Below, one piece after another: positions 1-9,678 of a stretch of 64,000 bases of DNA. Under the pieces are notes generated by a model. The model was not told the origin of the DNA. It saw nothing but the letters and a program-made list of their open reading frames with translations, and did no database searches. Both the position numbers and the translations under genes were made by a program. Origin of the DNA: Magnetococcales bacterium (GTDB lineage: Bacteria > Pseudomonadota > Magnetococcia > Magnetococcales > JADGBX01); NCBI GenBank assembly GCA_015231265.1, contig JADGBX010000001.1:23311-87310 (forward strand), written 5' to 3'. Numbering within the stretch: the stretch's first letter is position 1; each line of letters starts with the position of its first letter.

Positions 1-1
1 A

Positions 2-517
2 CTCTCGGCCCACCACATTAAGTTGCCACCACTGCGAGAGAGACGGGAAGATATTCCATTGTTGACCGTGCATTTTCTCAATGAAGCGGCACAAGCGATG
101 GGTCGGTCGGCTCTTGATCCTCCCGTCGAACTATTCAAGCTATTGGAACTCTATGATTTCCCAGGAAACATACGAGAATTACGGGCTATACTATTCGATG
201 CCGCCGCACAACACGGTGCAGGTTCTGTTCTATCGATGAAGAGCATTCAACACACCATCGAAGAGCGAAGAACCACCGCCTCTCCCTCATCGGCCCCCTC
301 CTCATCGGACCACAACAGCCAGAACGCATTTCGAATTGATGGCAGATTGCCGACTCTTGAAGAGGCTGAAAATGTTCTGGTCGCTGAAGCGATGCTCCAA
401 GCAGGCAATAACCAGGGAATCGCCGCATCACTCTTAGGCATCTCGCGAACCGCCCTCAATCGCCGACTCAACCGCCGACTGCGTCATCTGCTCACCACGA
501 CGAATAAAAACGCATAG
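2..517 (+). CDS. sigma-54-dependent transcriptional activator, C-terminal part (gene begins upstream of the window)
   Basis: The frame is open from nt 2. The translation ..HHIKLPPLRERREDIPLLTVHFL.. is the conserved end of the AAA+ sigma-54 interaction domain. A Fis-type HTH follows (NQGIAASLLGISRTALNRRL). Confidence 0.85.
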   Translation, partial: LSAHHIKLPPLRERREDIPLLTVHFLNEAAQAMGRSALDPPVELFKLLELYDFPGNIRELRAILFDAAAQHGAGSVLSMKSIQHTIEERRTTASPSSAPSSSDHNSQNAFRIDGRLPTLEEAENVLVAEAMLQAGNNQGIAASLLGISRTALNRRLNRRLRHLLTTTNKNA

Positions 518-842
518 CACACCGCAGTTCGTCGTGAGAACCACCCCATAATAGGCATACGCCAAAACGCACAACCGCACACTTCCTCTCCTCCAGCCTA
601 CCAAGCCGTCATCTCATTAATATTATTGCTATTTTCACACTTTACCACACATCAAACCAGAGACCATAGTGCGATCTGGCTTACCCCCTCAGTTCCGACA
701 ATCCCCCCAAGACAACCACCAACTATATGTATTTATTACATAAAACACACCAAACACAACTGGCCTGTTCCTTGAAAAGGGAATAGAGAGAGAATCAGCG
801 TTTCCCATACTCCATGAATGTCGAACCATTGAGACCAACACA

Positions 843-1235
843 ATGAACCGCACCCAACACCTCAAGGTGATGCTGGTCGATAAAGATGAGAGCTTTTTGA
901 GTCTGATGCGGCTGATTGTGCAATCCAACGGCCCTGCAGAGATCTCTCTGTCTCGAACAGCTCAACAGGCGTTAACCACCTTTGAATCGTTCAAACCGGA
1001 TCTGGTGTTTATGGATATCACCCTGTCGGGAATGGAGGGTTCACAGGTTCTGCATGGCATTCTGGATAAGAGAGTTGCGTGTCGGATCTTAATTGTCACA
1101 GCACTCTCCCAAGAAAGCGTGTGGGAGTATATCTCTTTACCGTCCAGTATCGGTTATATCGGCAAAAACATGCCCATTCCCATGATTCGACAAGCAGTTC
1201 GAAACGCACTCAACTGTTCAGTTTTCTCGTCATGA
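843..1235 (+). CDS. single-domain response regulator (CheY-like receiver)
   Basis: 130 aa. It has an acidic pocket (KVMLVDKDE), a phospho-acceptor context (DLVFMDITLSGMEG), a conserved Thr (ILIVTALS) and a conserved Lys (GYIGKNMP). Its 3' end overlaps the convergent gene by 26 nt. Confidence 0.8.
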   Translation: MNRTQHLKVMLVDKDESFLSLMRLIVQSNGPAEISLSRTAQQALTTFESFKPDLVFMDITLSGMEGSQVLHGILDKRVACRILIVTALSQESVWEYISLPSSIGYIGKNMPIPMIRQAVRNALNCSVFSS

Positions 1236-1929
1236 AGTAACGGCGCTGCTCCGCATCCATCTTTTCGATGGCGTAACGCAGCATGGTCCTGGGCATCACC
1301 GCGGCGCGCTGTTCAAGATAATCAACCAGCGGCGCCAACGCTATCTTACCCATCTCACGCAGCATCCAACCAACGGCCTTATGCATCAGGTCGTGTGAAT
1401 CGGTGAGCAGCGTCTCAGCCAGTTGGAGTAGCTCCTGAAACTCCCCCTGTCTGATCATCGGAGCCGTCGCCAACACTGCCACCCGTCTTTCCCACAACGA
1501 ATCCGACGTCACCAGTGTGAAGAGCATCTCCCGCTCCTGCCGATGTTCCATAAGATGGAGACCGAGGATCTTCGGAGCGGAGAGGTCCACAAGATCCCAG
1601 TTGTTGATGCGGTGGAGATGTGCCAGATAGAACGTAACGATCTCACGACGCCGGGTCGATTCCTTCGCACGACGATACTGCTCGACGAGAATCACCAAGC
1701 CGGTGAGCCGGTGCTCATGTATGGGACTCTGTAACAGGAGATCGATCTCAACAAGGGGAAGCCGACGGTAACGCTTGGCAACGGCACGCTGCTGAGGCAC
1801 ACGCAGACCGATGAATCGATCCCCTTCCCCATACTCTCCAGGACCGGTCTTGAAGAATCTGGCAAGATTGGCTGCTCGCTCAGGATCTGCCATCGCCGCA
1901 AGTTCCGCCATCACCTCATCGGCTCGCAT
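1210..1929 (-). CDS. DNA alkylation repair protein (AlkD-like HEAT-repeat family)
   Basis: The pattern ERAANLARFFKTGPGEYGEGDRFIGLRVPQQRAVAKRY ... HEHRLTGLVILV ... NNWDLVDLSAPKILG is typical of the DNA-alkylation-repair family. I moved the start to ATG at 1929-1927, which overlaps the upstream gene's TGA (ATGA). Confidence 0.7.
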   Translation of the reverse strand: MRADEVMAELAAMADPERAANLARFFKTGPGEYGEGDRFIGLRVPQQRAVAKRYRRLPLVEIDLLLQSPIHEHRLTGLVILVEQYRRAKESTRRREIVTFYLAHLHRINNWDLVDLSAPKILGLHLMEHRQEREMLFTLVTSDSLWERRVAVLATAPMIRQGEFQELLQLAETLLTDSHDLMHKAVGWMLREMGKIALAPLVDYLEQRAAVMPRTMLRYAIEKMDAEQRRYFMTRKLNS

Positions 1930-3446
1930 CACTCTCTCTCCCGAATCTGAATCCGCCCCGTCACCACAGGGGAGATGGAGCCCCGCTCTCGAATCCATGC
2001 CGAGACCACATCGGTCAACAGAGCACCATGGTTGGCAGGAATCAGAACCTTCGCCCCTTTCAGCATGGAGAATCCATCCCCCCCTTTGGCCAGATAGTCG
2101 TTGACCGCCAACGTGTAGCGCCTCTTTGCATGCAGGGGCTCCTCCCCAACGCGGACATGGGACACTCTCCGACCGACCTGTCTGCTTGGATCAACGGAGA
2201 AACGCACCCCCGACACCTGGAGAAACCGCCCCTTCCCCCGTTCCATCTGACTGACACCGTGTTCAAGCATCTCTTTGAGAGCCGAGCCACTTATCTCCAG
2301 TTTCATCAGAAGATTGCCAAAGGGGAGCATGGCGTGCACATTCTGCAACGAAAGCGTCCCGACAGCGATCATCGTATCTGAGCGAATGCCTCCACCATTG
2401 TGAATTGCAACATCCGCATCGACTGCCTGACGCATGGCATCGGTGATCAGCGCGCCGACGTTGGTCTCCCGACTACGATTGGCAGCCGACGTGGCATCCA
2501 GAGTAACCTCCGTGCGACCGATGGTTTCTCCCAGTGCGGACTCCAACCGCTGCCCAAACCCATCCACCAACCGTTTCACGGCAGGATCATCAGGTATCGA
2601 CGCATCCAGAGGGATATGGGTCACCGTGATTTCAGGGCCGTTCGGCCTCATCAGCACATCAACCCGCCCAACCACCTCCAGATCGGACCCCGACTCCACA
2701 ACCGGTGTCGATCCTACCCGTTCAATACGGACGATATGGTCGTGACCACCGAGAATCAGGTCGATCCCGGGCACCTCCCGAGCTAATGCCAAATCATCGG
2801 CATAATCAAGATGGCTCATCGCCACCACCAGTTCCGCCCCTTTGCCACGCAGCAGAGCAACCATCTCCTTGGCGACCACTTGGGGATCGGTGAAGGTGAG
2901 ATGAGCCGTTGCATGGGCCAACTCTCCGGTCTCAGGAGTGATCACTGCGAAAACACCCACCATCACACCGTTAATCTTCCGAAGGGTGTAGCGGGGCATT
3001 CCCGAAACGGGCTCTCCCTGATGCGACATGTTGGAAATCAACCAGGGAAAGCGGGACTCCGCCAACCTCTGCTCGAACACCTCCATGCCGAAATCGAATT
3101 CATGATTGCCGGGCGAGGCGTAATCCAGAGCAACACCATTCAGAAGCTCGATCATCTGCCGCCCTTTGAACACCCCGGACATCAGAGAGGGCGAGAGAAA
3201 ATCTCCCGGCAGAAACAGTAACGCCTCGGGATCCTCGCGACGCACCGTATCAAGGAGAGATTTCAAGCGGGCGAAACCGCCCATCTTCTCCTTCCAACCA
3301 CTGGGTTCAATCTGATAAACATCGCAGATGTGAAGCAGCGTCAAGCGACGATCTCCATCAGCATGTGCGGGCCAAACAGCACCCCATATCACGCTCAACA
3401 CCACAGCTCCGACAAACAAGACGCGATTCAGACAGTTCATACACAC
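1929..3446 (-). CDS. secreted bifunctional metallophosphatase / 5'-nucleotidase (UshA family)
   Basis: It has an N-terminal signal-like segment (VLFVGAVVLSVIWGAVWPAHA). Metallophosphoesterase motifs are present: GDFLSP, GNHEFDFG and LILGGHDH. The C-terminal half is 5'-nucleotidase-like. Confidence 0.8.
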   Translation of the reverse strand: MCMNCLNRVLFVGAVVLSVIWGAVWPAHADGDRRLTLLHICDVYQIEPSGWKEKMGGFARLKSLLDTVRREDPEALLFLPGDFLSPSLMSGVFKGRQMIELLNGVALDYASPGNHEFDFGMEVFEQRLAESRFPWLISNMSHQGEPVSGMPRYTLRKINGVMVGVFAVITPETGELAHATAHLTFTDPQVVAKEMVALLRGKGAELVVAMSHLDYADDLALAREVPGIDLILGGHDHIVRIERVGSTPVVESGSDLEVVGRVDVLMRPNGPEITVTHIPLDASIPDDPAVKRLVDGFGQRLESALGETIGRTEVTLDATSAANRSRETNVGALITDAMRQAVDADVAIHNGGGIRSDTMIAVGTLSLQNVHAMLPFGNLLMKLEISGSALKEMLEHGVSQMERGKGRFLQVSGVRFSVDPSRQVGRRVSHVRVGEEPLHAKRRYTLAVNDYLAKGGDGFSMLKGAKVLIPANHGALLTDVVSAWIRERGSISPVVTGRIQIRERE

Positions 3447-3538
3447 ACTCCACGCTCTTGACGCACCGTACTCTCAGTGCATCATAACAGGGAGAGCCAC
3501 AGGAAACATCATCAACCCCAGAGGCCCAGCCTCATGCA

Positions 3539-3910
3539 ATGGACAACTCCATGACCCCAGAGCCCACCATCGATGTCGAACAGATGCAACAGAGACTGCT
3601 GGAGCGCAAAAAAGAGCTTCTGCGCCTCTCCTCAAAAAGCGCTGACAGCCGACAGTCGGTGGAGCTGGATCAAACCCGTGTCGGACGCCTCTCCCGGATG
3701 GATGCTCTACAGATGCAGGCGATGTCGCAGGAGAACGAGCGCCAGCGTCAGGCGGAGCTCAATCGCATCACCGCAGCACTGGCGCGCATCGAAGAAGAGG
3801 AGTACGGCTACTGTATCGTCTGTGACGAAGCCATCGCCGATAAACGACTGGCACTGGATCCCAGTTTACCCACGTGCATCCGCTGTGCCCGCAAACAGGA
3901 AGTGTCATGA
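3539..3910 (+). CDS. DksA/TraR-family C4 zinc-finger protein
   Basis: A coiled-coil N-terminus is followed by CIVCDEAIADKRLALDPSLPTCIRC (CxxC-N17-CxxC). The 3' end overlaps the convergent hydrolase gene by 6 nt. Confidence 0.8.
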   Translation: MDNSMTPEPTIDVEQMQQRLLERKKELLRLSSKSADSRQSVELDQTRVGRLSRMDALQMQAMSQENERQRQAELNRITAALARIEEEEYGYCIVCDEAIADKRLALDPSLPTCIRCARKQEVS

Positions 3911-4774
3911 CGCGATGTGGGCGTGCTTGGTGAGGAACCGCCCCACCCTCTCCCGCACCTCTTTCAGGTGGGTAAAGATCACCACATGCTCCCCCCCTTC
4001 GATGGTCAGATGCTCTGCATGGGGAATGCGCTCCGCAAGAGGGGCTGCGTGCTGTATATAGGGCACCACGGAGTCATCCGTTCCGTGGATCGACAGTACC
4101 GGGGCAGAGATCTGCTCCAACCCATACGCGGTTGAACGGGTGATCTCGATGTCGTTGGTGGTGCCGGAGAGCCGTTGTCCCATGCGATCGTAGGCACTGA
4201 GCAGCAACGCCTTGAAGAGCGGCCCCGCCTCCGGATCGGAGAGTGTCTGCGCGCGCAGTTGGGCATCAGGAATAGAGCGCTGTGCCACCTTGTCGATATC
4301 CTTCTCCGCCATCCGACGCATAAAGCTGACGAACCACGGAATATAGGCCAGAGTCTTCATGACGGTAAACGCGAAGGGAATCGGGGTGTCCATCACATCG
4401 GTACAGGCCGACGCCAGAACAAGACCCCGACATCTCTCCGGATAACGAATGGCAAACTCCAGGGCGGCAGGGCCTCCTCCCGACACCGCCATCACCAGAA
4501 CAGATTCGATCTTCAACGTATCCAGCAGCAGAGCGCACAAATCCGCCTGACTGCTTGCCGTACGACCGGTCCCCAAGGGTGTACCCAGATATCCAGGTCG
4601 AGAAACCGCAATAGTGCGGAATCCCTCGACACCGATGGTCTGCGCCAAGAGACGGCTCTGGTCATGGCCACCCATGGCTCCATGCAGAGAGAGCACCACC
4701 GGACCTTCCCCGAACGCACCATATTCGACAGGACCACGAATGGTCTCAGCGATTTTCACACTATACTCAGACAT
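3905..4774 (-). CDS. alpha/beta-fold hydrolase
   Basis: It has an oxyanion-region HG (VVLSLHGAMGG), a nucleophile elbow (VMAVSGGG) and a C-terminal His context (GGEHVVIF). Confidence 0.65.
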   Translation of the reverse strand: MSEYSVKIAETIRGPVEYGAFGEGPVVLSLHGAMGGHDQSRLLAQTIGVEGFRTIAVSRPGYLGTPLGTGRTASSQADLCALLLDTLKIESVLVMAVSGGGPAALEFAIRYPERCRGLVLASACTDVMDTPIPFAFTVMKTLAYIPWFVSFMRRMAEKDIDKVAQRSIPDAQLRAQTLSDPEAGPLFKALLLSAYDRMGQRLSGTTNDIEITRSTAYGLEQISAPVLSIHGTDDSVVPYIQHAAPLAERIPHAEHLTIEGGEHVVIFTHLKEVRERVGRFLTKHAHIAS

Positions 4775-4830
4775 CTTTCACCCTCTCATCATGGTCATCA
4801 CTGCGGCTTGTCATCCCTCTATCGTGACCC

Positions 4831-5424
4831 TCATCTTCGGATGAACAGTCGCAACAGACTCTCCGGATGTGGCACCTTGAAACTCTCCCTGTTGGTCACC
4901 CTCTGCATGGCCAGCCCTTTGATCGTGGTCCAAAAGAGCATGGAGAGCACATCGGGCGACTCCTGATCGAAAATGCTCCCCTCCTTCTGACCTGCTGCCA
5001 TGATCCTGGCAATCACCGCGTAGGGTTCGCCACTCTCGCGACGCAACACCTCCTTCGCCTCCTCCGGCGTCCCTTCGGAAAGATTGGCCTGGGCGATCAG
5101 CATCACGGTACGGGAGAAGGTCTCTTCATGCAGAGTCTTGAGAAGTTCAACGATGGCGATCCGAATCTTCTCATCCGGGGGAACAGGGAGTGATTCCAAC
5201 CCGGAGGCGGCCTGATTCATTTTTACCAAGGCATCCCCGATCAACGCCGTGAACAGCTCCTCCTTGGAGCGAAAGTAGTGGTAGAGCAATCCTTGTGAGA
5301 TACCAGCCGTGCGCGCAATCTCGGTAATGGTTGTTGCGTGCAACCCTTTTGCTGCAAATCGATCCAGTGCCGCTGCAAGGATCTCCTCACGACGCTGCTC
5401 TTTTTCCTTTCGATTCGTCACCAT
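4831..5424 (-). CDS. TetR-family transcriptional regulator
   Basis: It carries an N-terminal TetR HTH (REEILAAALDRFAAKGLHATTITEIARTAGISQGLLYHYFRSKEELF). The start is set at the internal ATG (MVTNRKEKEQ). It lies upstream of, and on the same strand as, the hydrolase. Confidence 0.8.
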   Translation of the reverse strand: MVTNRKEKEQRREEILAAALDRFAAKGLHATTITEIARTAGISQGLLYHYFRSKEELFTALIGDALVKMNQAASGLESLPVPPDEKIRIAIVELLKTLHEETFSRTVMLIAQANLSEGTPEEAKEVLRRESGEPYAVIARIMAAGQKEGSIFDQESPDVLSMLFWTTIKGLAMQRVTNRESFKVPHPESLLRLFIRR

Positions 5425-5516
5425 CACAAGGCACTTTCCATCGTTATTGATTGAACGTTCATTCAATAATAAATGAGGCCGCACTTTCTCGTCAACACCT
5501 TTCTATCCACACACCC

Positions 5517-5843
5517 TTACGAATCCGTGCCCTGCTCTTTCTCTTCCAATCTCCTCTCTAACAACGCCTTCCAATCTTCAGCAGGGAGATTCCTCTTCAT
5601 TGTATTGCACTCCCTACAGGCGGGAACACAATTGGACTTGGAGGTTTTCCCGCCGCGCACCAACGGTTGCACATGGTCCAGTGTCAATTCCGAGGGGTGA
5701 AAGCGACCTTTACAATAGTGACAGCTTCCGCGACCTTTTCGGTTCTTCCACCATGGAGAGCGTTTCAACGTCTTGGCTTTCTGCCGCTCTCTGTCTATAT
5801 GGTCCTGATCCGAAGCGATCAGAAGGGAGTCGTAGTCGGTCAT
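5517..5843 (-). CDS. small stand-alone HNH endonuclease
   Basis: It has the motif CHYCKGRFHPSELTLDHVQPLVRGGKTSKSNCVPACRECNTMK (the HNH beta-beta-alpha-metal motif with flanking Cys pairs). I chose the start at ATG 5843 because an AGGA sits 6 nt upstream. The longer ORF would run into gmd. Confidence 0.7.
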   Translation of the reverse strand: MTDYDSLLIASDQDHIDRERQKAKTLKRSPWWKNRKGRGSCHYCKGRFHPSELTLDHVQPLVRGGKTSKSNCVPACRECNTMKRNLPAEDWKALLERRLEEKEQGTDS

Positions 5844-5973
5844 ACCCATTCCTGTGAAAGAGAGATCAGCTTGCCGCACCCACATTGGGCGTGCTAGGTT
5901 GCTTGTTTTTTGTTCGAAGGTCCACTGAAACAATCGTTTGATGGACAGACACCCCCCACGGGAACCAAACACC

Positions 5974-7083
5974 ATGACCAAACGGGCTCTGATCACCGGA
6001 ATCACCGGCCAGGATGGCGCCTATCTTACTGAGTTTCTCTTGGAGAAAGGGTATGAAGTGCATGGCGTCAAACGGCGCTCGTCTCTCTTCAATACCGACC
6101 GTATCGATCACCTCTATCAGGGGCCCCATGAGCAGGATCGGCGTTTCATTCTCCACTATGGCGACATGACCGATGGCACCAATTTGACGCGGATCGTCCA
6201 GCAGGTCAAACCGGATGAGATTTACAATCTGGCAGCCCAGAGTCACGTAGCGGTCTCGTTCGAAATGCCGGAATACACCGCCAATGCCGTTGGCATGGGC
6301 ACCTTGCGACTGCTTGAAGCGATCCGCATCCTCGGTATGGAGAAGAAGGTCCGTTTCTATCAAGCCTCCACATCCGAGCTTTACGGCAAGGTTCTGGAAA
6401 CCCCGCAGACCGAGGCGACCCCCTTCTACCCCCGCTCTCCTTATGCCGTGGCGAAGCTTTACTCCTACTGGATCACCGTTAATTATCGCGAGGCGTATGA
6501 TCTCTATGCCTGCAATGGCATCCTGTTCAATCACGAATCGCCTCTACGCGGAGAGACGTTCGTCACCCGCAAGATCACACGCGCCCTCTCCAGAATCAAA
6601 CTTGGTCTTCAAGACACTCTGCACCTGGGCAATCTCGACGCCAAACGCGACTGGGGACACGCTCGGGACTATGTGGAGATGATGTGGTTGATGCTCCAGC
6701 AGGAGAGCGCTGACGACTATGTGATCGCTACCGGTGAGCAACATACTGTACGAGATTTCGTCAACGTTTCCGCCCGCGAACTGGGCATCTCCATTCGCTG
6801 GCAGGGCAAGGGTGTTGAAGAAGTCGGTGTGGTGGCCCACTCCGAGGACGATGTAGTTCGTAAAGGGTCGGTGATCGTGCGGGTAGATCCTCGTTACTTC
6901 CGGCCAACCGAGGTGACGACTCTTCTGGGAGATGCCACCAAAGCGCATAAATTTCTTGGCTGGAAACCACGCATCAGCTTCCAACAGATGGTGGCTGACA
7001 TGATCCGCTCCGATCTGGAGAATGTGGAACGGGATGTGTTGTGTCTGGACAAGGGATTCAAAGCATTCAACTTCCACGAATAG
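5974..7083 (+). CDS. gmd: GDP-mannose 4,6-dehydratase
   Basis: [33 protein letters not shown] ... [11 protein letters not shown] ... SPYAVAKLY is near-colinear with the Gmd sequence as I remember it from E. coli. Confidence 0.95.
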   Translation: MTKRALITGITGQDGAYLTEFLLEKGYEVHGVKRRSSLFNTDRIDHLYQGPHEQDRRFILHYGDMTDGTNLTRIVQQVKPDEIYNLAAQSHVAVSFEMPEYTANAVGMGTLRLLEAIRILGMEKKVRFYQASTSELYGKVLETPQTEATPFYPRSPYAVAKLYSYWITVNYREAYDLYACNGILFNHESPLRGETFVTRKITRALSRIKLGLQDTLHLGNLDAKRDWGHARDYVEMMWLMLQQESADDYVIATGEQHTVRDFVNVSARELGISIRWQGKGVEEVGVVAHSEDDVVRKGSVIVRVDPRYFRPTEVTTLLGDATKAHKFLGWKPRISFQQMVADMIRSDLENVERDVLCLDKGFKAFNFHE

Positions 7084-7116
7084 CATTCCATAACAGGAAC
7101 GGAAGTGAGGGGAAAG

Positions 7117-8058
7117 ATGGACTCAAATGCACGCATTTACGTCGCCGGCCATCGCGGTCTGGTGGGATCCGCCATTGTTCGACGTTTCAGGGCAGAAGGG
7201 TTCAACACCATCATCACCCGGACCCACAGCGAACTGGATCTTACTCGACAGGTGGATGTGGAGCGCTTTTTTACTGAAGAGAGACCGGAGTATGTCGTCC
7301 TCTCTGCTGCCAAAGTCGGCGGAATTCACGCCAACAACACCTATCCAGCTGATTTTATCGGTATCAACTTGATGATTCAGTCAAACATTATCGATGCTGC
7401 TTGGCGCAATGGTGTTGAGAAGCTTCTCTTTCTCGGCAGCGCCTGTGTCTATCCCAAAGAGTGTCAACAGCCCATCAAAGAGGAGTATCTCCTGACTGCT
7501 CCTCTTGAGCCCACTAATGAGCCTTATGCCCTGGCAAAGATCGCCGGCATCTCGCTCTGTGACTCTCACAACCGACAGCACGGCACCCGGTTCCAAACCG
7601 TGATGCCCAATAATCTCTACGGACCCAACGATAATTTCCATCTGGAGAACGCCCACGTTCTGCCCGCTCTGATCCGTAAGTTCCACGATGCCAAGCTGAG
7701 TGGAGCCCCATCGGTGGAGATCTGGGGAACCGGCAAACCCCGAAGAGAGTTTCTGCATGTGGATGATATGGCAGACGCCTGTCTCTTCATCATGAAGCAG
7801 AACACGACTACCAAGATGCTCAATATCGGAACAGGATCGGATGTAACGATTCGTGAGTTGGCAGAGACCGTCCAAAAGGTAGTGGGGTTTGAAGGAGCCC
7901 TGCGATTCGACACTACTCGTCCCGACGGCACCATGAAAAAACTACTGGACAGCAGCCGCCTGCACGCTCTGGGTTGGCAGGCCAAGATCACTCTTCAGGA
8001 AGGGGTGCGCACCACCTATCAGTGGTTTCTGGAAAACCAAGAGACACTCCGAGGCTGA
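7117..8058 (+). CDS. fcl: GDP-L-fucose synthase (GDP-4-keto-6-deoxymannose 3,5-epimerase/4-reductase)
   Basis: [15 protein letters not shown] ... [18 protein letters not shown] ... [12 protein letters not shown] match. It lies immediately downstream of gmd. Confidence 0.9.
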   Translation: MDSNARIYVAGHRGLVGSAIVRRFRAEGFNTIITRTHSELDLTRQVDVERFFTEERPEYVVLSAAKVGGIHANNTYPADFIGINLMIQSNIIDAAWRNGVEKLLFLGSACVYPKECQQPIKEEYLLTAPLEPTNEPYALAKIAGISLCDSHNRQHGTRFQTVMPNNLYGPNDNFHLENAHVLPALIRKFHDAKLSGAPSVEIWGTGKPRREFLHVDDMADACLFIMKQNTTTKMLNIGTGSDVTIRELAETVQKVVGFEGALRFDTTRPDGTMKKLLDSSRLHALGWQAKITLQEGVRTTYQWFLENQETLRG

Positions 8059-8067
8059 TCCCCTCTT

Positions 8068-9594
8068 CTACCGCACCCCCAACACCTCTTCAGCAAGCGT
8101 CCCCAGGTTGGCAAATTGAGCCATCTCTACCTGCTCCATTTGACCTGTGGTATCACGCCATAAGGAGAGAATGCGATTCTTGCGATGATCCATCAACAGT
8201 GACACGGACTGCTTCTCTTGGCGAATGACTACATCGATCTGTGAAAGATCGATCCCCTGTTTCAATAGTTGGGCCACCACCCCCTGCAAACTGTGCATGT
8301 GCGTCGCGTGCACCGTAAATCGAATGCGTCCCCGTTGCGCCGGAGGGATATCATTCCAGGTGATCCGCTTCACCAGCTCTTCGACACGATTGCTCCCATG
8401 ATCACCGAGAAACCATCGGGTCCAAAAATCGTGACCATAGACGTAATCGGTGGGTGTGACATGGGCCATATATCCAAACTGCCCGGGGATGTGCGCCGTC
8501 ACTCCGGTACAGGTTGATACCCCCTGTGTGATCAACACCTTTTCACCAGACGCTCTCTTAAACTCACCGACATCGACCCGCTTGACACTCTCCCCATTGG
8601 TTGAACGAAACAGGCGGTCGGAAACAGCCAGTGGATGGTATCTGTGGCTCTGCAACCGCTCGATGATGCGGGGAAAGAGCCTATCCATCTCTTCAAGAAG
8701 CGTCTCCGTGACAACCTCGTCCAGATCCTGTTCTGCGATCAGAACCCATCTGCTCTCCATAAAGGTGAATGTTTCAAACGCACTGAACACCCGCTTGTTT
8801 CTGTAGTCACGCAGCAGTCGTGTTCCTTCTTGGCCGGAACGAAGCGCCTGATCTACCGCCTCGGTCGTCACCCGCTGTTGCAGCTTGTCATCCTCCAGAA
8901 AACGGGACTCCGTCAGCAACCGGCTATGGGCATTCACCAGATAGGTTTCACCGCTGCGGCCGGGGCGGCCATAATTGATCAGTATGTCGTTGATACCATT
9001 CAGAGCCAATTGCAACACTATATACCCATTCAATCGATTCTCATGGGTAACAGGCACAATGAAAAACGCTGCGGCTTCCTGCGATGGGTGATAGTACTCA
9101 AAATCAACGAATGTGACCTGTTTTGGCGTCTGCTTAAAAGCGCGCGCCAGGAGAGAGTCGGAGAACTTATGATCATTTAGATTCTGTAAAAAATCATCCT
9201 CTTTCCGAACCGTATGAAAGAACTTGCCCTGAAGATCGACGAACAACATGTCATAGAACATGCCCAGTTCATTGACGAACAGAACATCCAACCCTTTCTG
9301 GACCCTCTGCCCTGCGACTGATCCTCCTTCACCGGCCCGACGTATGCGAAGCATGGCCAGAAACAGACGCTCCAACTGCTCATTGGTGCGCACCTCTTCG
9401 GCACGTGCCCGCTGTCTGTGGAAGAACGACTCAAGGCGCTCTTTCTGCTCTGCACGAAGGGATGCCAGACGATTGAACGCCATGCTCTCGATAGCAATGG
9501 TCGACTGGGCGTAATTAAAAGAGAGAGTGATAGCTGGAATCGCAATCATCACAAGCAAAATGTTTTTATACACTTTGGAACGTTGTGCCTTCAT
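8068..9594 (-). CDS. N-terminally anchored Cache-domain sensor fused to a CheD-like (deamidase-fold) C-terminal domain
   Basis: The start ATG at 9594 is preceded by GGGAAGGGA. The N-terminus (KAQRSKVYK + NILLVMIAIPAITLSF) looks like a signal anchor. A Cache signature is present (YYHPSQEAAAFFIVPV, GRSGETYLVNAHSRLLTESRF, WVLIAEQDLDE). The C-terminal segment VDVGEFKRASGEKVLITQGVSTCTGVTAHIPGQFGYMAHVTP resembles the CheD core (..IGEY..L.T.LGSCV.V...D....G.AH.MLP). No second TM segment is present. Confidence 0.75.
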   Translation of the reverse strand: MKAQRSKVYKNILLVMIAIPAITLSFNYAQSTIAIESMAFNRLASLRAEQKERLESFFHRQRARAEEVRTNEQLERLFLAMLRIRRAGEGGSVAGQRVQKGLDVLFVNELGMFYDMLFVDLQGKFFHTVRKEDDFLQNLNDHKFSDSLLARAFKQTPKQVTFVDFEYYHPSQEAAAFFIVPVTHENRLNGYIVLQLALNGINDILINYGRPGRSGETYLVNAHSRLLTESRFLEDDKLQQRVTTEAVDQALRSGQEGTRLLRDYRNKRVFSAFETFTFMESRWVLIAEQDLDEVVTETLLEEMDRLFPRIIERLQSHRYHPLAVSDRLFRSTNGESVKRVDVGEFKRASGEKVLITQGVSTCTGVTAHIPGQFGYMAHVTPTDYVYGHDFWTRWFLGDHGSNRVEELVKRITWNDIPPAQRGRIRFTVHATHMHSLQGVVAQLLKQGIDLSQIDVVIRQEKQSVSLLMDHRKNRILSLWRDTTGQMEQVEMAQFANLGTLAEEVLGVR

Positions 9595-9678
9595 CGTTCC
9601 CTTCCCCAAGAAAGCAGTCAGCAATGGATAAGCAAATATTCACATTCTCTATAAATTTTTTTTAATGTCAATCAGATC

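Noticed and set aside
761-775. TGGCCT-N5-TTGA upstream of the CheY-like gene, considered as a sigma-54 promoter because a sigma-54 activator gene lies just upstream.
   Set aside because: Only the GG of the -24 element and the TTG of the -12 element match. The conserved GC at -12 and the CAC of TGGCAC are missing. That is too weak to annotate.
5517-5843. HNH endonuclease considered as a marker of a mobile element (homing endonuclease, intron, prophage remnant).
   Set aside because: I could see no flanking repeats, intron or intein context, phage genes or compositional change. Small stand-alone HNH genes are common chromosomal genes.
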